NCBI GenBank assembly: GCA_001179505.1
Contig: CDMY01000303.1
Coordinates: 1 to 64,000 of the forward strand
Reading direction: 5' to 3'
Source: Vitrella brassicaformis CCMP3155
Taxonomy: Eukaryota > Protista > Chromerida
DNA length: 64,000 nt
This document shows, piece by piece, positions 39,226 to 52,489 of the stretch. Made by a program: the position numbers and the translations under genes. Position 1 is the stretch's first letter. The number at the start of each line of letters is the position of its first letter. The notes beneath the pieces were generated by a model. That model ran no database searches and was not told the origin of the DNA. It was given only the letters and a program-made list of their open reading frames with translations.

Positions 39226-41609
39226 TCACACTTTGCTGTCAGGCGATGTCGACTTGTGGGCGTTCATGGCGATCGCCTCGTCGATCTGCTCCTGCACAAC
39301 ACAACACAACACAACACAACACAACAGACTCTTAAAGCTGTCCCCACATGGGTGCGATGACTGCAGTCAGTGTGGCGCATAGCACCTGAGTGGCCTGTGC
39401 TTCCTGAAGCTTCTCCTCCATCTGTGGGTCGGGGTGCTGCAGAGCCACACACACACACACACACACATACACACAGAGCCGTGTTGGCTGGGCGATTGCT
39501 GGCCACTCATCGATGACTGACTGGTCGTTCGTTCGTTAAGTGATCTACCTACCTGGTCGAGCCACTCAGGGTATGGGATGTCCTTGGCGGAGAGGAACTC
39601 GGGATTGTACTGCTTGTTGGCGTAACGGAACCCTGGTTGGTTGATGAGAGACAGACAGACAGATGGGCACATCCATGGCCAATGTGTGTGTGTGTGTTGA
39701 CTAAGGTGTGTGCCGACCGACGGACGGAGGGACGTACCGGTGTCGCAGAGCACCGTGGCAATCCGCTTGTTGGGCCCCAGCTTCTCGGCTAACCTGCACA
39801 CACACACACACACACACACATTCCTGCAGCTGGACTGACTAACCCATACAGACACACACAGACCGTGTCTGTGGTGCAGACAGACCTGATGGCGGCCGCC
39901 ACATTAACGCCAGATGAGAAACCCATCGGCAGACCCTCCTGCATGAGGGAAGGACACACTTTCTTTCTTGCGCCTGTGTGTGTATGTCAGTCAGTTCGGC
40001 TCTCTAATGCGCTCGTGGCTCAATCGCTGACCGCTTCGAGCAGCTGGAAGGCCATGGGGACCGACTCATAGTCGGGGATCTCGAAGGAGAAGTCCGGACG
40101 GAAGCCCTCCAGATTGGCCGTTACGCGACCCTGACCTGCTCGTATACATCAGTAAGTACCGTCATCAGTAACGACGCCCCACAACAGACACACCCGTCCC
40201 GTGTGTGCGCAGTCGGTCACTTCCACCATTCATTCTCGCGCAGCGTACCAATATTCTCGGTGATGGAGCTGCCCTCGGCCCTCGCCTCGCCCTGAATGAA
40301 CCACAACACACACAACAGAACAGGAGCACTCACACACAACAGGTTGTGCTTGTGCGTGTGTGTAGGTGTGTTGTGTGCGTGTCGAACGGTAGTGTACCGT
40401 GGTGTAGTATCTGTGTAGGACCGCGCCGGGGACGTCAGCGAGGCAGATCTTGACGCGTGGGTTTTTCTCCTTCAGATACATCCCCACCCCCGCCAGAGTG
40501 CCCCCCGTGCCAACAGACGACACGAACGCGTCCACACGACCCTCCATCTGCTCCCTGAGCAATCCATGCCACATCACACCACACCACACCACAGCAGAGG
40601 AGAGCAGACAGAATCTTTGGGTGTGTGTCGGCGGACGATTTGGCAGCATACCCACCCACCATATCTCTGGCCCGGTGGTCTCGTAGTGCGCCCTCCTGTT
40701 GGCCACGTTGTCGAACTGGTTGGCCCAGAAGCCGCCAATCCTCTCAGCCAAACGACCTGCAGAAAAGGGCGAATGCCAACACACAAAGACATTCAGGAAG
40801 GTACACTCACTCACTACACGTCACGTGGATACAGCTGTGTGTGTAGTGAGTGCATGAGATGAGTGTACACACCTGATAATTTGACAAAGTGGTTGGGGTG
40901 CCAGACCTTCTGTGGAGGGACCTCGACGAGCTGAACGCCGAGCTGTCGGAGGAGATCCTTCTTCTGGGGGCTCTGCGTGTTGGGGATGACACAGACGGTC
41001 TTGTAGAGGCGCGTGAAGCCCATGAGTGCCAGGCCGATGGCCGTGTTGCCCGCCGACCCCTCGACGACCGTGTCGACGCCCACGGTCTTGCCCAGCAGCC
41101 CCCGCTCCTCACCGTCGCGGATGATGTACACGGCCGGCCGGTCCTTGACCGACCCGCCAGGGTTGGCATACTCGCACTTGCCGTAGATCTGGCAGCCGCT
41201 GATCAGTGACGCAGTGTTCAGCCGAACCAGCGGCGTGTTGCCGACCAGGCTGGCAAAGTCAGCAAACACGTTGTCCTTGATAATCCGCCTGGGCGTGTAT
41301 TCCGGCGGCCCCATCTGGCCCCGCCACTCGGACTCCCGGCGGGTGTGATGACGGACGGCAAAGCAGCGGGCCTGCATGCGGTGGCCACTGTGCGTGGTTG
41401 CACGGCGAGGAGGGGTGCCGAGAGATGAAGGGGTGGTGCCCGATGGGTGATGCAGCAGACATGAGGCGCCGCGAGAACCAGATCTGCACAGACACACACA
41501 CACACACACACACATGAGTAGATCAGCAGATGACGCAATCATTGAGAGCACGGTGTTTTCGTTGTTTGTTTTCTTGAACCGATATCCCTCGAGAAAGTCA
41601 CCTCATCAT
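39226..41609 (-). CDS. cysK: Cysteine synthase A-like PLP enzyme (O-acetylserine sulfhydrylase family)
   Basis: [24 protein letters not shown] (PLP lysine), [65 protein letters not shown] and [22 protein letters not shown]. About 70-aa Arg/Ser-rich N-terminal extension. Confidence 0.93.
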
Positions 41610-41860
41610 TGGGGTTGGGTGCTGGTGCGCGCGATGTCTGTCCTCCCGTTTCTCGATGAGGCGCACGACGAGAGGCTGCACAGAGCGACAGAGCCGACAG
41701 AGAGAAGTATATCCATCAAGCATGTTGCTCACAGATCTGTGTGCTGCTCACCTTCCTTGAAAGGAGCTCAGTGTGACGGCGATGACGAGGCGCAGATGAG
41801 CTCAGTCAGCATCGACGCAAGCAAAAACACGGGCTTCTCATGGTGGAGAGATTAGCTTCC

Positions 41861-41892
41861 AGGGTTAGGGTTTAGGGCTCAGGGTTCGGGTT
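41861..41892 (+). repeat. Degenerate telomere-like tract AGGGTTAGGGTTTAGGGCTCAGGGTTCGGGTT
   Basis: Seen directly between the divergent cysteine synthase and 42.3 kb genes; CCGAAC repeats lie nearby at about 41965-41980. Confidence 0.75.
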
Positions 41893-42273
41893 GCTGACGA
41901 GCTCCCGGGCGCTGGAATTCACCGCCTTCTTCTGCCCTCCCTTCCCTCTCCAGGCGTGTTCTCGCCGAACCCGAACCCGAATGCCATCATGATGCCCTAA
42001 ATTGATGGATATCTGCTTGCGTTTTTGCTGCTATCGGCATTTCTCCCTTGCCATGGCGTGCGAGTGGCTCCAGGCACCTTCCTGATCCCCTCCCAGCCCG
42101 TCGGCAAGACAGCCGTCAAGGCGCACAGTGTTGCTCTGCGTGCGCAGAAGAGCCAGACCACAAAGAGCGACAGACACCCATGGTAGGCGACACACAGAAG
42201 AATCAGTCAGCAGCCACTGAGAGATCTGTGAGGCCTTATCTTGTGTGTGTTGATTGATTGAGATCAGGCGTAT

Positions 42274-42760
42274 ATGCTCTTCGGTGAAGCCGACCTTTGG
42301 GAGAAAGGCCGAGATTTTGTGGCAGAGGTAGGTAGACACAGAAATGACAACACGGGGGCTCACCTCGGCTTACTTACAGTGCTGACCCCGTGTGTGTACA
42401 CCTACAGGTGGAGGAGAGGGCTCTGGCAGAGGGAAAGATTCCCAAGGTCAGTGACCAGCTCAGGGAACTTCAAAGGGCGAAAGGACGCGCTTTGGACGAG
42501 CTCTACAGCATCATTTACGATAAGGGCTGGTGGGCGCTGGCGTTCTATGGCCGCATCGTTCAGCTGAGGCGGAAAATCGACAAGTGGCAGGACGAGTTTG
42601 ATGAGCTGTGGGCAAAATATCAGAGACTCGGTGCGATTGATCACACACACGGGCACACGTGCGTTCTCTTTCTCATGTATGTCTTTCCTTGTGTGTGTGC
42701 ACACATCACTCAGAAGGGCCACCGGGCCCCAAGACCTGGCTTGAATTATTCCCGTAGCTA
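42274..42760 (+). CDS. Small hypothetical helical protein; 5' end unresolved
   Basis: Two exons joined by a GT-AG intron: MLFGEADLWEKGRDFVAE/VEERALAEGKIPKVSDQLRELQRAKGRALDELYSIIYDKGWWALAFYGRIVQLRRKIDKWQDEFDELWAKYQRL. Confidence 0.55.
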
Positions 42761-42921
42761 ATCAGCAGGGAGGGAATGCACACGTGAGTGCGTAGCCTTG
42801 TAGGTTCTTCGTGGCATGTCTGAATGATGACGCACAGACGATCTACCGATTCCGCCAGGCGGATAGCTGCACCCTACAGACATAATGTGAGCCACCTTTT
42901 TTCCTCTCGATTTGACGCCCT

Positions 42922-42952
<31 letters not shown>

Positions 42953-43984
42953 CGTTCACTCGGGAACACTCACGTGCGTGTCTGTCTGCATTTACGACTG
43001 ATTTATGTGTCTGGCCGGCGCGGCAGACCTCTCATCAGTTTTTTGGGTAGTGGGAGTCAGCCAGGCGCCCATTAAGACACTCAAGTCATCGCAGGACACC
43101 CAGCACACTTGCACGAAGACGCACAATATTAATCGTTGTCTGTCAGCCGCCAGTGAGTGACGGAGATGCCGTCCGATGGCATGCAAGCATGCATTACGCA
43201 GAGTGAGGTCGGCCAGGAAACACATACGGACACCCAACACACACTGATGCCATGCCATTGTAGCCATAAAGACCAACCACAGGGCACGCACACACGAACA
43301 CGAACACGAATTATGCATCCACTCACTTTAATCGAGCCCCATAGGGCGGGAGACCACTCACTCACTCACCAGTATGTAGGCTACCAACGCAGGCACAACC
43401 GTGCCCACGCCCACACACATGTGGCAGGCAGGCAGGCAGGCAGTCTCACTCCCCTCCCCTCCCCACCCCTTCCAGCACTCACTCGGGGCTTATCCCGCCA
43501 TGCAGCTCCAACCAGCGGGGTTGAAACGCGACGCCAGATGCCATCTCATTTGTCACACCGACACACCCACGCACACGCACACGCACAAGCACAAGAGCAC
43601 CAGCAAGATGTGCAATTGATAAAGGAGAGGAGGAACATCCACGTACTGTCCTGTGCTGTCCTGTACGTGGGTGTCAGTCAATTCAGCCCGTCAGCCAGTC
43701 AGCCACACACATGCAGACAGCCCACACGCCACTACTTCATCAAGCAAACAATCAGTGGGCTGGGCGGCCGGCCGGCCTCTAGCTAATCATCTACGGGGCG
43801 GCGCAACAGAACCTGACGACGGGCTGACAGAAGGGTTCGCCTTGCCAGCTCTCGAGAGCCAAGAGGGGAAGCAAGAAAAAAGAAGACCCTCTCGCCATGG
43901 CAAGGGGTCTGCCTGCCGGCCTGCTTGCCATCCCTTATGTCTACACGTCTATGCTTCTATCGGCCTGACTGTCTGTCGGCCTGT

Positions 43985-46900
43985 CTATCTCTCTCTCTGG
44001 GTCGTCTTGTGTGTAAGGGCGACCCTATATTCCTGCTGGTCGCACAGCTTGCCCAGCCGCTCGAATGAGGTGATGGTGTAAGGGGATCGGGCCAGGAGTG
44101 GGTCGAAGTGGTGCGTGTCGAGTGGGGCGTCCCTGCTGATGCGCTTCTTGGTCTTGTCGGGGAGGTGCTCGGCCAGGGGTGCGCCGCAGATGGTGGCCAC
44201 GCACTCGATCAGCGGGATGGCACCCAGGCCGCGCAGCACCACTGTGCGGATGGGGGGGCGCTGCTCGTCATGCTCGTCAGATGAAGACGAAGACGAGGAT
44301 GACGAAGACGATGATGCCGACGGTGAGGATGAAGCCGCCGCACCATTGTGGAAGGGCAGCCCCTGCAGAAACGCCAACACCTGCGCATACGACCCGTACT
44401 TGCGACTCGGCTGGCACCACACACACACACACACACACATATGCAACACAGACAGACATGACTACGCAGGCCCTGCTGCCTTTGCGTGCGTTTCGCTGTC
44501 TGGACTGCTTGCTGTCTGGGTGGCTGGCTGGCTGGCTGACCATGTGCCAGAGCTGCAGTTGCTCTATCTGTGTGAATCTCTCGGGGCGCACGAAGGGCGG
44601 CATGAGGGGGAAGGGCTCGTTGCTGGCATACCGGTTCTCGATGGTGAGGACCTTGCAGCCGAAGTCGAGCGTGGGCGGGACGAACCAGGTGGACTGCACC
44701 TCCTCGCTGGGCTCGGCCATGCGCGCCAGGGTGCTGGTCAAGTTGGGTCGGATGAACACCAGGTTGTGGGCACTCTTGGCCATGAAGGCGAGGCCCTGGT
44801 TGATCTCGGCCGTGTGGTGGTCGGGCATGACGAAGGGCAGGCCGCGGCGGATGGGGATGTGCACCTCGGCGGGGTGCCGCTCGTTGCCCAGCTCGAACTG
44901 GATCTTCTTGCGGTCGCAGACGGCCTTGAGCTCGTGCAGGGCCCGCAGACGCTCGGGGGTGTCCTTGGTCATCTCCAGGTAGTGGCACTGATCCATCCCA
45001 TCCACACATACAACCAGCCGCAACACACCACAGAAAAAGATAGGGATGGATCCGCCCATTTCTGACTCTGTCTGTCTGTCTGTCTGCATGTGTGTGCGTG
45101 TGTGTGTCTGCATGTGTGTGTGTGTACCGGTGAGCAGATGAGTTTGTCCATCTTGTGGGTGACAGGTTCCTGGAGCATGAGGCGGAAGTGCCGCATCTCG
45201 CCGGCGTGGATCGCCACGGCCCCCACCTCCTTCAAACGCCTCCCCTGCAGCCTGCCCAACACCTGACCGAACAACAGACAGATCGATGCACAACAAACGA
45301 AATGAGGACTGACACGACACACTGCTTCTCTCCCTCTCTCCCTCTCTCCCTCTCTCTCTCTCTCTCTCTGCGTGCCGACCTGTGTGAGTGTGGTGACGTA
45401 TGTGACGCATGGGTGGATGGCGAGCAGCTCCAGCGACCGGGTGTGTCGGCACCACTCCATAATGCCGTGGTTCAACGCCCCGTCGTCACTTGGCGGGGGC
45501 GCCGCAAACGGATGCAGATCATCTGATTGACATGTATGTATGCATGGCCATTCATTCACAACACACAACACACACAAACATGCCAATGGGTTGACGGAGC
45601 GTGAGTGAGTGACTGTATCGCGTTGGCTCACAGCGTTCGGCCACGCCGTGAATCATGGTGGGGATGTGGAACTCCTTGAGTGCGGTGCAGCGGCCACGCA
45701 GACGGTGGCTGAGCGAGAAAGGCAGACACAGACGGACAGACAGACAGACAGACATGGATGGACGCTCTCAGACCTCTCTCTCTCTCTCTCTCTGGGGCGC
45801 TCTCTATGTGCGTGATCAGATGGCTTACTGGACGACCAGCCAGACCCCCGAACGAACAAACACCTGAACCAACACATCCATCCATCCATCCAGACGGCAC
45901 ACCCCGCTTGGCTTGACACGTCCCTCCCCACCTCCCTCCACACGTCGAGATGCACCCACCCTCCCCACATACCTACCTTTTCGAGCAGCGGGAAGTCGAC
46001 GTAGACGTCAGGGTCAGGTATGTCGCCCTCGATCTCTGGCTCGTCCACGCCGTGGCCTCCCACAGGCCCCCCGTCGCCCTTGACGGCCGCCTTGACGCGC
46101 TGGTTCCTCTTGTGGCGGTGCCGCTTCAGGGCGCGCTTGCTCGCTCCTTGCGATGCCGCGGACGGAGGGGAGGGGGAGGGGGCCGGTGTGGGGAGGGGAA
46201 TGGCTGCTGCTGCTGCTGACGACGACGACGACGAAGAGGATGCCACCGCCGCGACTGGTGCTATTTCTGCGAATGGGTCGTCGTCATCAGGCCCATCAAC
46301 AGCACCATCCTCCGCATCCTCCCCTTGTTCCTCTCCCTGCTGCGGACCCTCATGGCTGCTGTCGCGCCCCTCATCAGCGTCGTCCCCGGCGCCCTCCTGT
46401 CGGCTGGTCTGCCCCCCTCCCCCTCCCTCTCCCTCTCCCTCCCCCCCTGTGTGTGTCTCTCCTTCTTCTAGCTCCCTGAGCGCCCTCCTCTCTCCTTCTA
46501 GCTCGGCGCGGAGGAGGAAGCTGTTGCCCTTGTTGCTCCTCCCGGGGGTGCGGGGGCCGATGTGGCCGCCCTCCAGAGTGAGGTGCGTGATGCGGGGGGC
46601 CGCAGCCCGCAGGATTGCCAGGATGCGGCTGACGGGCGTGGCGCGGCGCAGGTGGATGTCGGCCGTCTTGACCTCCCCGGAGATGCGCAACACCCACTTG
46701 TCCGGCAGATCCTCCCAACTGTCGCGTCGTATGTATCACAAACACACACACACACACACATCCATCCCCGTACACGTGCCCCCGTGTGGTACCCTCCCTC
46801 CCCTACCCGGCTCCCCCCTCGCGGATGTGTAGGTGTTCGAAGACGCCCGTGTGTGGGGCTGTGACGGCGAGCCACAAAGGGTTGTGGGACGGCCGGCCCA

Positions 46901-47373
46901 GCTTGACGCTCACACGGATGGCCTCGTTGCTAGACAGATGCCTGAATGCCATTCACACACACACGACCATCCATCCATACCATACGTCACACACACACAG
47001 ACACATAGAGTGGCTGGGGGCGGCCAGCTGTCTGTCTCGCTCGCCTGAGTGCTCACTCACTTGAGTATATGTGCGATGACCCATATCGACGTGTTGTTGC
47101 GGATCCGATCAAACAGCCCGTTCCCACCCTGCACACACGCCACGCACACCGAGATAATGAGACTACGAGACTTTCTTGGCCCTCTCTCTGCACGAACCAA
47201 CCTGCACTGGCTGCGGGCGGGCCCACGACGGCACCTCCTCGCGCCCGGCGAAGTAGAAAGCGGCACCTTTCGCATCAGCTCTCCGCTTCAGCTGCAGATA
47301 GATACACAGACAGACAAGAGCATAGACACAAATCCATCGGGGAAGGAGGCAGAGAGCGGCCGCGGCTCACCAT
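43985..47373 (-). CDS. Hypothetical lineage-specific protein with acidic/basic low-complexity insert and possible degenerate LRR-like repeats
   Basis: ATG followed directly by gtgagc at 47373. Exons: LKRRADAKGAAFYFAG, WEDLPDKWVLRISGEVK...ITHLTLEGG, KRALKRHRHKRNQR, RSLELLAIHP, HYLEMTKDTPERLRALHEL...LDFGCKVLTIEN and IRTVVLRGLG. 3' end approximate. Confidence 0.65.
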
Positions 47374-47675
47374 TGCTGCGCTGAGGCGTCGTCAGAGGGG
47401 CTACGCTATCTATTGCTACGCTATGGCGGACGGCCTCGCCGTCATCTCATCAGTGACTGACTGACACCCGCTGCTGTCCAGTGGGGAAAAACAGGCATAC
47501 AGGCACAGGAAGCATCCATGCGAGCTCAACAAAGAGGGCAAGCTCCAATGGCAAGCTCAGAGAAGGGGAGAGGTCGGTCCGTTAGTTGGACAATGCGTTG
47601 AAGAGATCCAGTCCAGTAGGAAGCATCTGCAACGATCCATCCATCCATCCATCCGGCCATCCATCCATCCAGCTC

Positions 47676-50600
47676 ATGTCGAACCGTTCCGATGGGCAGC
47701 CTGAGCCTGAGGAGCCTCAGGCGATGGACGTGGACGTGGACCCCAGCGAGGCGGCTGCCAGTGGTGCGGCTGCTGCTGCCCCGCCGCCGTGCCGAAAGTC
47801 GCAGCGGGTCATCAAGAAGAAGGCTCCGGTAGACGACGAGGAGGACGAGGCGCCCCTGGCGAAGCGCAAGAAGCGCGACAACAAGAAGGAGAAGCCGAAG
47901 GCCAAGTCTGCGGCTCAGACTCAGAGTGCGGGAGGCACTAAGAAGGGCAACAATGGAGGGGCGGCTGGTGGTGCTGCAGCTGCAGGGGGTAGGAAGGGCA
48001 AGCAGGTCAGGCTTGGGGAGGGGGAAGGGGATGAGGATGAGGAGGACGAGGAGGAGGAGCAGATGAATGACGATGACTATGACCTCTGCTGCCTCGTCTG
48101 CGGACAGGTCGGGAGGGAGGGAGGGAGGGAGAGGGAGGGGGGGATGCAGATCAGTTCTGTTCGTTGGCTGCGCATGGTTGTGTGGTTGTGTGGTTGTCTG
48201 TGTTGTGTGCGCAGGGCGGCAATTTCGTGTGTTGCTACGCATGCCCCCGCGTGTACCACCTCGAGTGCATCGGACACAACCGGTCGGTCGGTATGCGGAC
48301 AAAACCACACCACACCACACCCCCACAGATCAACGCGTCTTCCTGTCCTCCTCCCTCCCTCCTTGTCTTGTCTTCTGTTCCACTGGACCATATGGACCAT
48401 GCCATGCAGTGCCTCCCGGGAGCGTGACTGGCTGTGCGGGTGGTGTGACGGCTCCGACTACTCCCCATCCAGCAACAAGCGCCAACACCACCAGCAGCAG
48501 CACAAGAACAAGGCCAGCCCCACACAGCCACCACCAGAACCGGCCATCGGTCTCCCACCGCCCCCTCCCCCAAATCAGGCCAGCGCCGCGGCTGCGGCTG
48601 CGGCTGTTTCGAGCTCCAGCAGCTCGTGTGCCGCCGCCAATGTGGCCATGGGCGCCACAGCCACAGGCGGGGAGGGGGCTGCCGAGGGAGAGCCGGGGGA
48701 TCAGAAACAGGTGTGGCTGGCATGTCCCACGGCACGGACTCGATCTCATCTCACTCATCACTGTGCGCGTTTGTGTAGGCTGTGGCTGGGGCGGGTGGGT
48801 TGGCGGATTGTGAGATGGCCGAGGGTAGCGAGGAGCCATGTGTGCAGGGAGGAGAGGGTAGTGGTAAGCGTAGCAGCAAGGGCGGGGCCGTTGCCAGGGA
48901 GGGCAGCGAGGAGGGTAGCGATGAGATGGATGACGCGGACATGATGGTCGCCACGCAGAAGGCTGTGACCGATATCAAAGGGGGCAGCGAGGAGGGTAGC
49001 GATGAGATGGATGACGCGGACATGATGGTCGCCACGCAGAAGGCTGTGACCGATATCAAAGGGGGCAGCGAGGAGGGTAGCGATGAGATGGATGACGCGG
49101 ACATGATGGTCGCCACGCAGAAGGCTGTGACCGATATCAAAGGTGGGCGGTGGGCGGAGGGCGGTGGGGGAGGGGACACATGGGACACATTCTTGACGTT
49201 ATCGACGTCCGTCAGGCAAGTGTTTGGGCGGTGGGTTTCTGTCCAACCACTTCTTGGTCCACCTGGGCTCCAAGCTCGAGTACATCGACAGACTCCTCAA
49301 GGTCAGGTCACTCACTGACTGACTCAACCAACCAACCAACCACACAACCACCACACCACACCCACGAAAAACCCCTGTGTTGTGTTGATGAACGAACATG
49401 GATGTGATGTGTCTGTGCAGTTGTGCGTTCGGATGGGTGTGCACGCCGACGCCGCCGATGACGTCTTTGGCAAAGACGAATTCGGTGTCAACAGGTGCCT
49501 CAGGGACCGACTCAACAATCTCGCGTACGCTCACACACACAGAAGGGAAACTCACTCGCTCGCCGTTCTGTTAAAACTTTGTCAAATGAATGCCTGGACG
49601 GATGGACGGATGGATGGATGTGTTGTGTTGTGTTGTGTTGTGACGTTCCTTTTGTGTGCAGGCTTGAGCGCATCTTGCCGGCGGTTGTGTCGTCCTCTCC
49701 CTCGCAGGCCTGTCTGGACTTCCACCAGGACGGCTGGACCACCGTCGACGAGGCACTCACTGAGGATGAGGTAAGTTAGTAAGGTGCGGAGGGTGGGGAC
49801 ACACCACACCACACGTGTGTCTGTCTGTGTGTGTGTGTGCAGGTGAATGAGCTGCACGACTGTGTGGTGGACTCGTTCAACACGTACATGCGCGAGATCA
49901 ACAGCCGCGACAGACACCACGTACTCGAGCAAGGCGGCTTCGACGTCATCAAGAAACGGTCATGCCAAGTCATTGTCAGACCCATATCTATCTGTCTGGG
50001 TGGGTGCCTGCCTGCTCATGGGTTTGGTGTGTGCGCAGTGGGTACAACCGCTACGATTTGACGATCCCCAAGCTCAAGCAGCCTCAGTCGTTCCCCTGCC
50101 TGCACAGGACCGCCACCCGCGCGCCGCCCTGGCTGCCTCTCGTGGCTGAAATACTCAACACAGGTGCCTGTTGACCATCGAATGCACCACACACACATGC
50201 ATGTGTGTATGTATGTGTGTGTGTGTGCGTGTGTTGTCAGGTCGTGAGGACGGTCGTTGTGGTATGTCCCAGGTGGAGCTCAAGCACGTGGGCTGCATGC
50301 TCTCGCTGCCCAAGTCTGCCGACCAGGTACCATACCAACACACCTGCAGGCACCGAGATGGATGGCCTGGTGCCCGTGTGTACGCGCGTGTGTGTGTGTG
50401 TGTGTGTGTGTCTGCAGAGCATTCACACGGATGGCCCTCACCTCAGCGAGGAGGAGCACCTCAGGTGGGTGGGTGGGTGGGTGGATGGAGGGTGAATGGC
50501 TGCATCCGTCGGTTTGCTTGTGCGTGCGTGTGTGCAGGGCCCACTGCGTCAACGTGTTTGTGCCGCTGGAGGACATCACCAAGAGCATCGGACCCACAGG

Positions 50601-51307
50601 TGGGTGAGTGAGTCTGTCTACCCACCAGCCACTCCACTCACTGTACTGCCACACATGACATGCATCACTCGATCAGTCCCCCCTCTGTCTGCCTGTCTGC
50701 CTGTCTCCCTGTCTCCCTGCCTGTCTGCCTGTCATTGTGTTGTGCATTCATTCAGAGCTGCATCCCCGCTCGCAGTTTCTGTGGAGCTACTGGGGCGGGC
50801 AGCTGGACGGGGCCGAGGACCACCTGGCACCAGTGACCCCCTGCCTAAACAAGGGCGCCGCCCTCCTCTTCGACTACAGACTCAAGTAACCCAAGCCAAC
50901 GGAGGGAGGGGAGGGCACTCACGTGCTGTGTCGTGTTGTGTGGGCCGCCGGGCGGATTGGCCATGAAAGGTGGTGTCTGTGTCTCTGTCTGTGTCTCTGT
51001 CTGTGTGCGTTGCGTTGCAGGCACCGTGGTCTGGCGAACAAGACGCAGCGTCTGCGGCCCGTCATCTACCTCACCTACAGACGAAAAGGGGTACTGTACC
51101 GGCATACAAGCACACACACACACACACACAACGAACAAGCAGCTCCGTGGAATGCTCTGTCTGTCTGTCTGTCTGTGTGCAACACCAAAGGACAACTGGC
51201 TGGACAAGGACAACTTCCACCGTGGGCGGTTCCCCAAGCTGCTCACACAGACCACCGCCGCGATGAAGGCGGAGAGCGAGAAAGCCGCAGACAGCAGACA
51301 CAACTAG
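47676..51307 (+). CDS. PHD finger fused to a phytanoyl-CoA dioxygenase (PhyH)-like 2OG/Fe(II) dioxygenase
   Basis: Spliced PHD: CCLVCGQGGNFVCCYACPRVYHLECIGHNRASRERDWLCGWC (C4HC3). C-terminal domain: FHQDGWTTVDEAL, RYDLTIP, SLPKSADQSIHTDGPH (HxD), CVNVFVPLEDI...GPT, GAALLFDYRLKHRGLANKT..RPVIYLTY. Confidence 0.8.
48901..49142 (+). repeat. Three perfect 81-bp coding tandem repeats (GSEEGSDEMDDADMMVATQKAVTDIKG)
   Basis: Units start at 48901, 48982 and 49063, are identical and in frame; the last ends at a splice donor. Confidence 0.95.
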
Positions 51308-52154
51308 ACGCAGACACACCGATGGGGAGACAGAGACGCCGACAGAGAGAGAGAGAGGGATGGTGGATAGCGGGGCGGAGGAGGGGGGGAGGGGATGGTC
51401 ACAGTGCTGTGAGATCATGGTGCCAGGTAGCTGGTCAACTGACCCTGTAGGTTAGACTCGCTCAATCGTATTTTTGGTCCCTTCCTGCGGGAATGCGGGA
51501 ATGCGTGAGTGGATGGTGCGTGAGACGGCTGCCGACGGACTCTTGCTTGACCGACAGCGTCCTACGGATGTTGGCAATTGGATGGATGGATGGATGGATG
51601 GATGGAGGCACAGCAGCCGTCACAACAGCCTTTTCACTCAATTCAATCATGCGCACACGCACACACACACACCCACACACACGCCCAACAGCCAGCCAAC
51701 TCGGTCAGTCCCAGACATGACACACACACACACAGAGCCACATGCACACGAACGAACGAACGCGTTTCTGTCGGTCGGTTGGTCACAAAACACTCCACTC
51801 ACTCACTCACGTCACTCCCATCCAGCGTGTTGTGTTTGATTGTGTGCGAGAGAGAGGATGAAGCCGGCAGGCAACCGATAGATAACCATAACAGCAAAGA
51901 CAGACAGGGGGCAAGCAAACGAGTGGGTGGGGAAAACCGAGAGGAGGGAGCCTAGGGCGAGTGGGACGGGACGGGGAGGGAGGGAGGGCAAGGAGGGGTG
52001 GCGCTGATGGGCAGGCACTTCTAGCATGCATTCGATTAGGCAGAAGAGCAACAATAGCAATACATACATCGCGGTCAGTCGGTCGGCCGGTCATGTCAAA
52101 ATCGCAGGCAGGAATGAGACACTGAGGTGAGGTGAAATGGGGTGGGAAGAGAGA

Positions 52155-52185
<31 letters not shown>

Positions 52186-52489
52186 CAAACACTTCGGCCA
52201 GTCAGTCAGTCAGTCAAAAGAGCGAGCGACCAATACACACACACGCCTACACCAAAAGAGAGAGAGAGATCGATCCATGATGATGAACAACCCAACCAAC
52301 CAGCGCACGCACCCCACACGACACACATCATTCTTGTGAACGAACAGAGCTTGCGGGCTCGCAAGCTGAGAGAAAGGAAGAGCGAGGCCATCCATCCATC
52401 CACCCACCCTCTCCCAGCGCGTCACGAAAAAATGATACACCCTTCCGTGCCTGGTGATCTCTGCTCTGCCTCTGGCACACGCCAGGGCA

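Noticed and set aside
1-41609. Sulfur-metabolism gene cluster (arylsulfotransferase, MFS, cysteine synthase)
   Set aside because: The genes are separated by about 30 kb of unrelated loci; no evidence of co-regulation.
44115-45065. 316-aa and 267-aa plus-strand ORFs
   Set aside because: Antisense to a coding exon and running through microsatellite introns.
48901-49142. CRISPR-like array
   Set aside because: Units are contiguous with no spacers, in frame and coding, in a eukaryotic gene.
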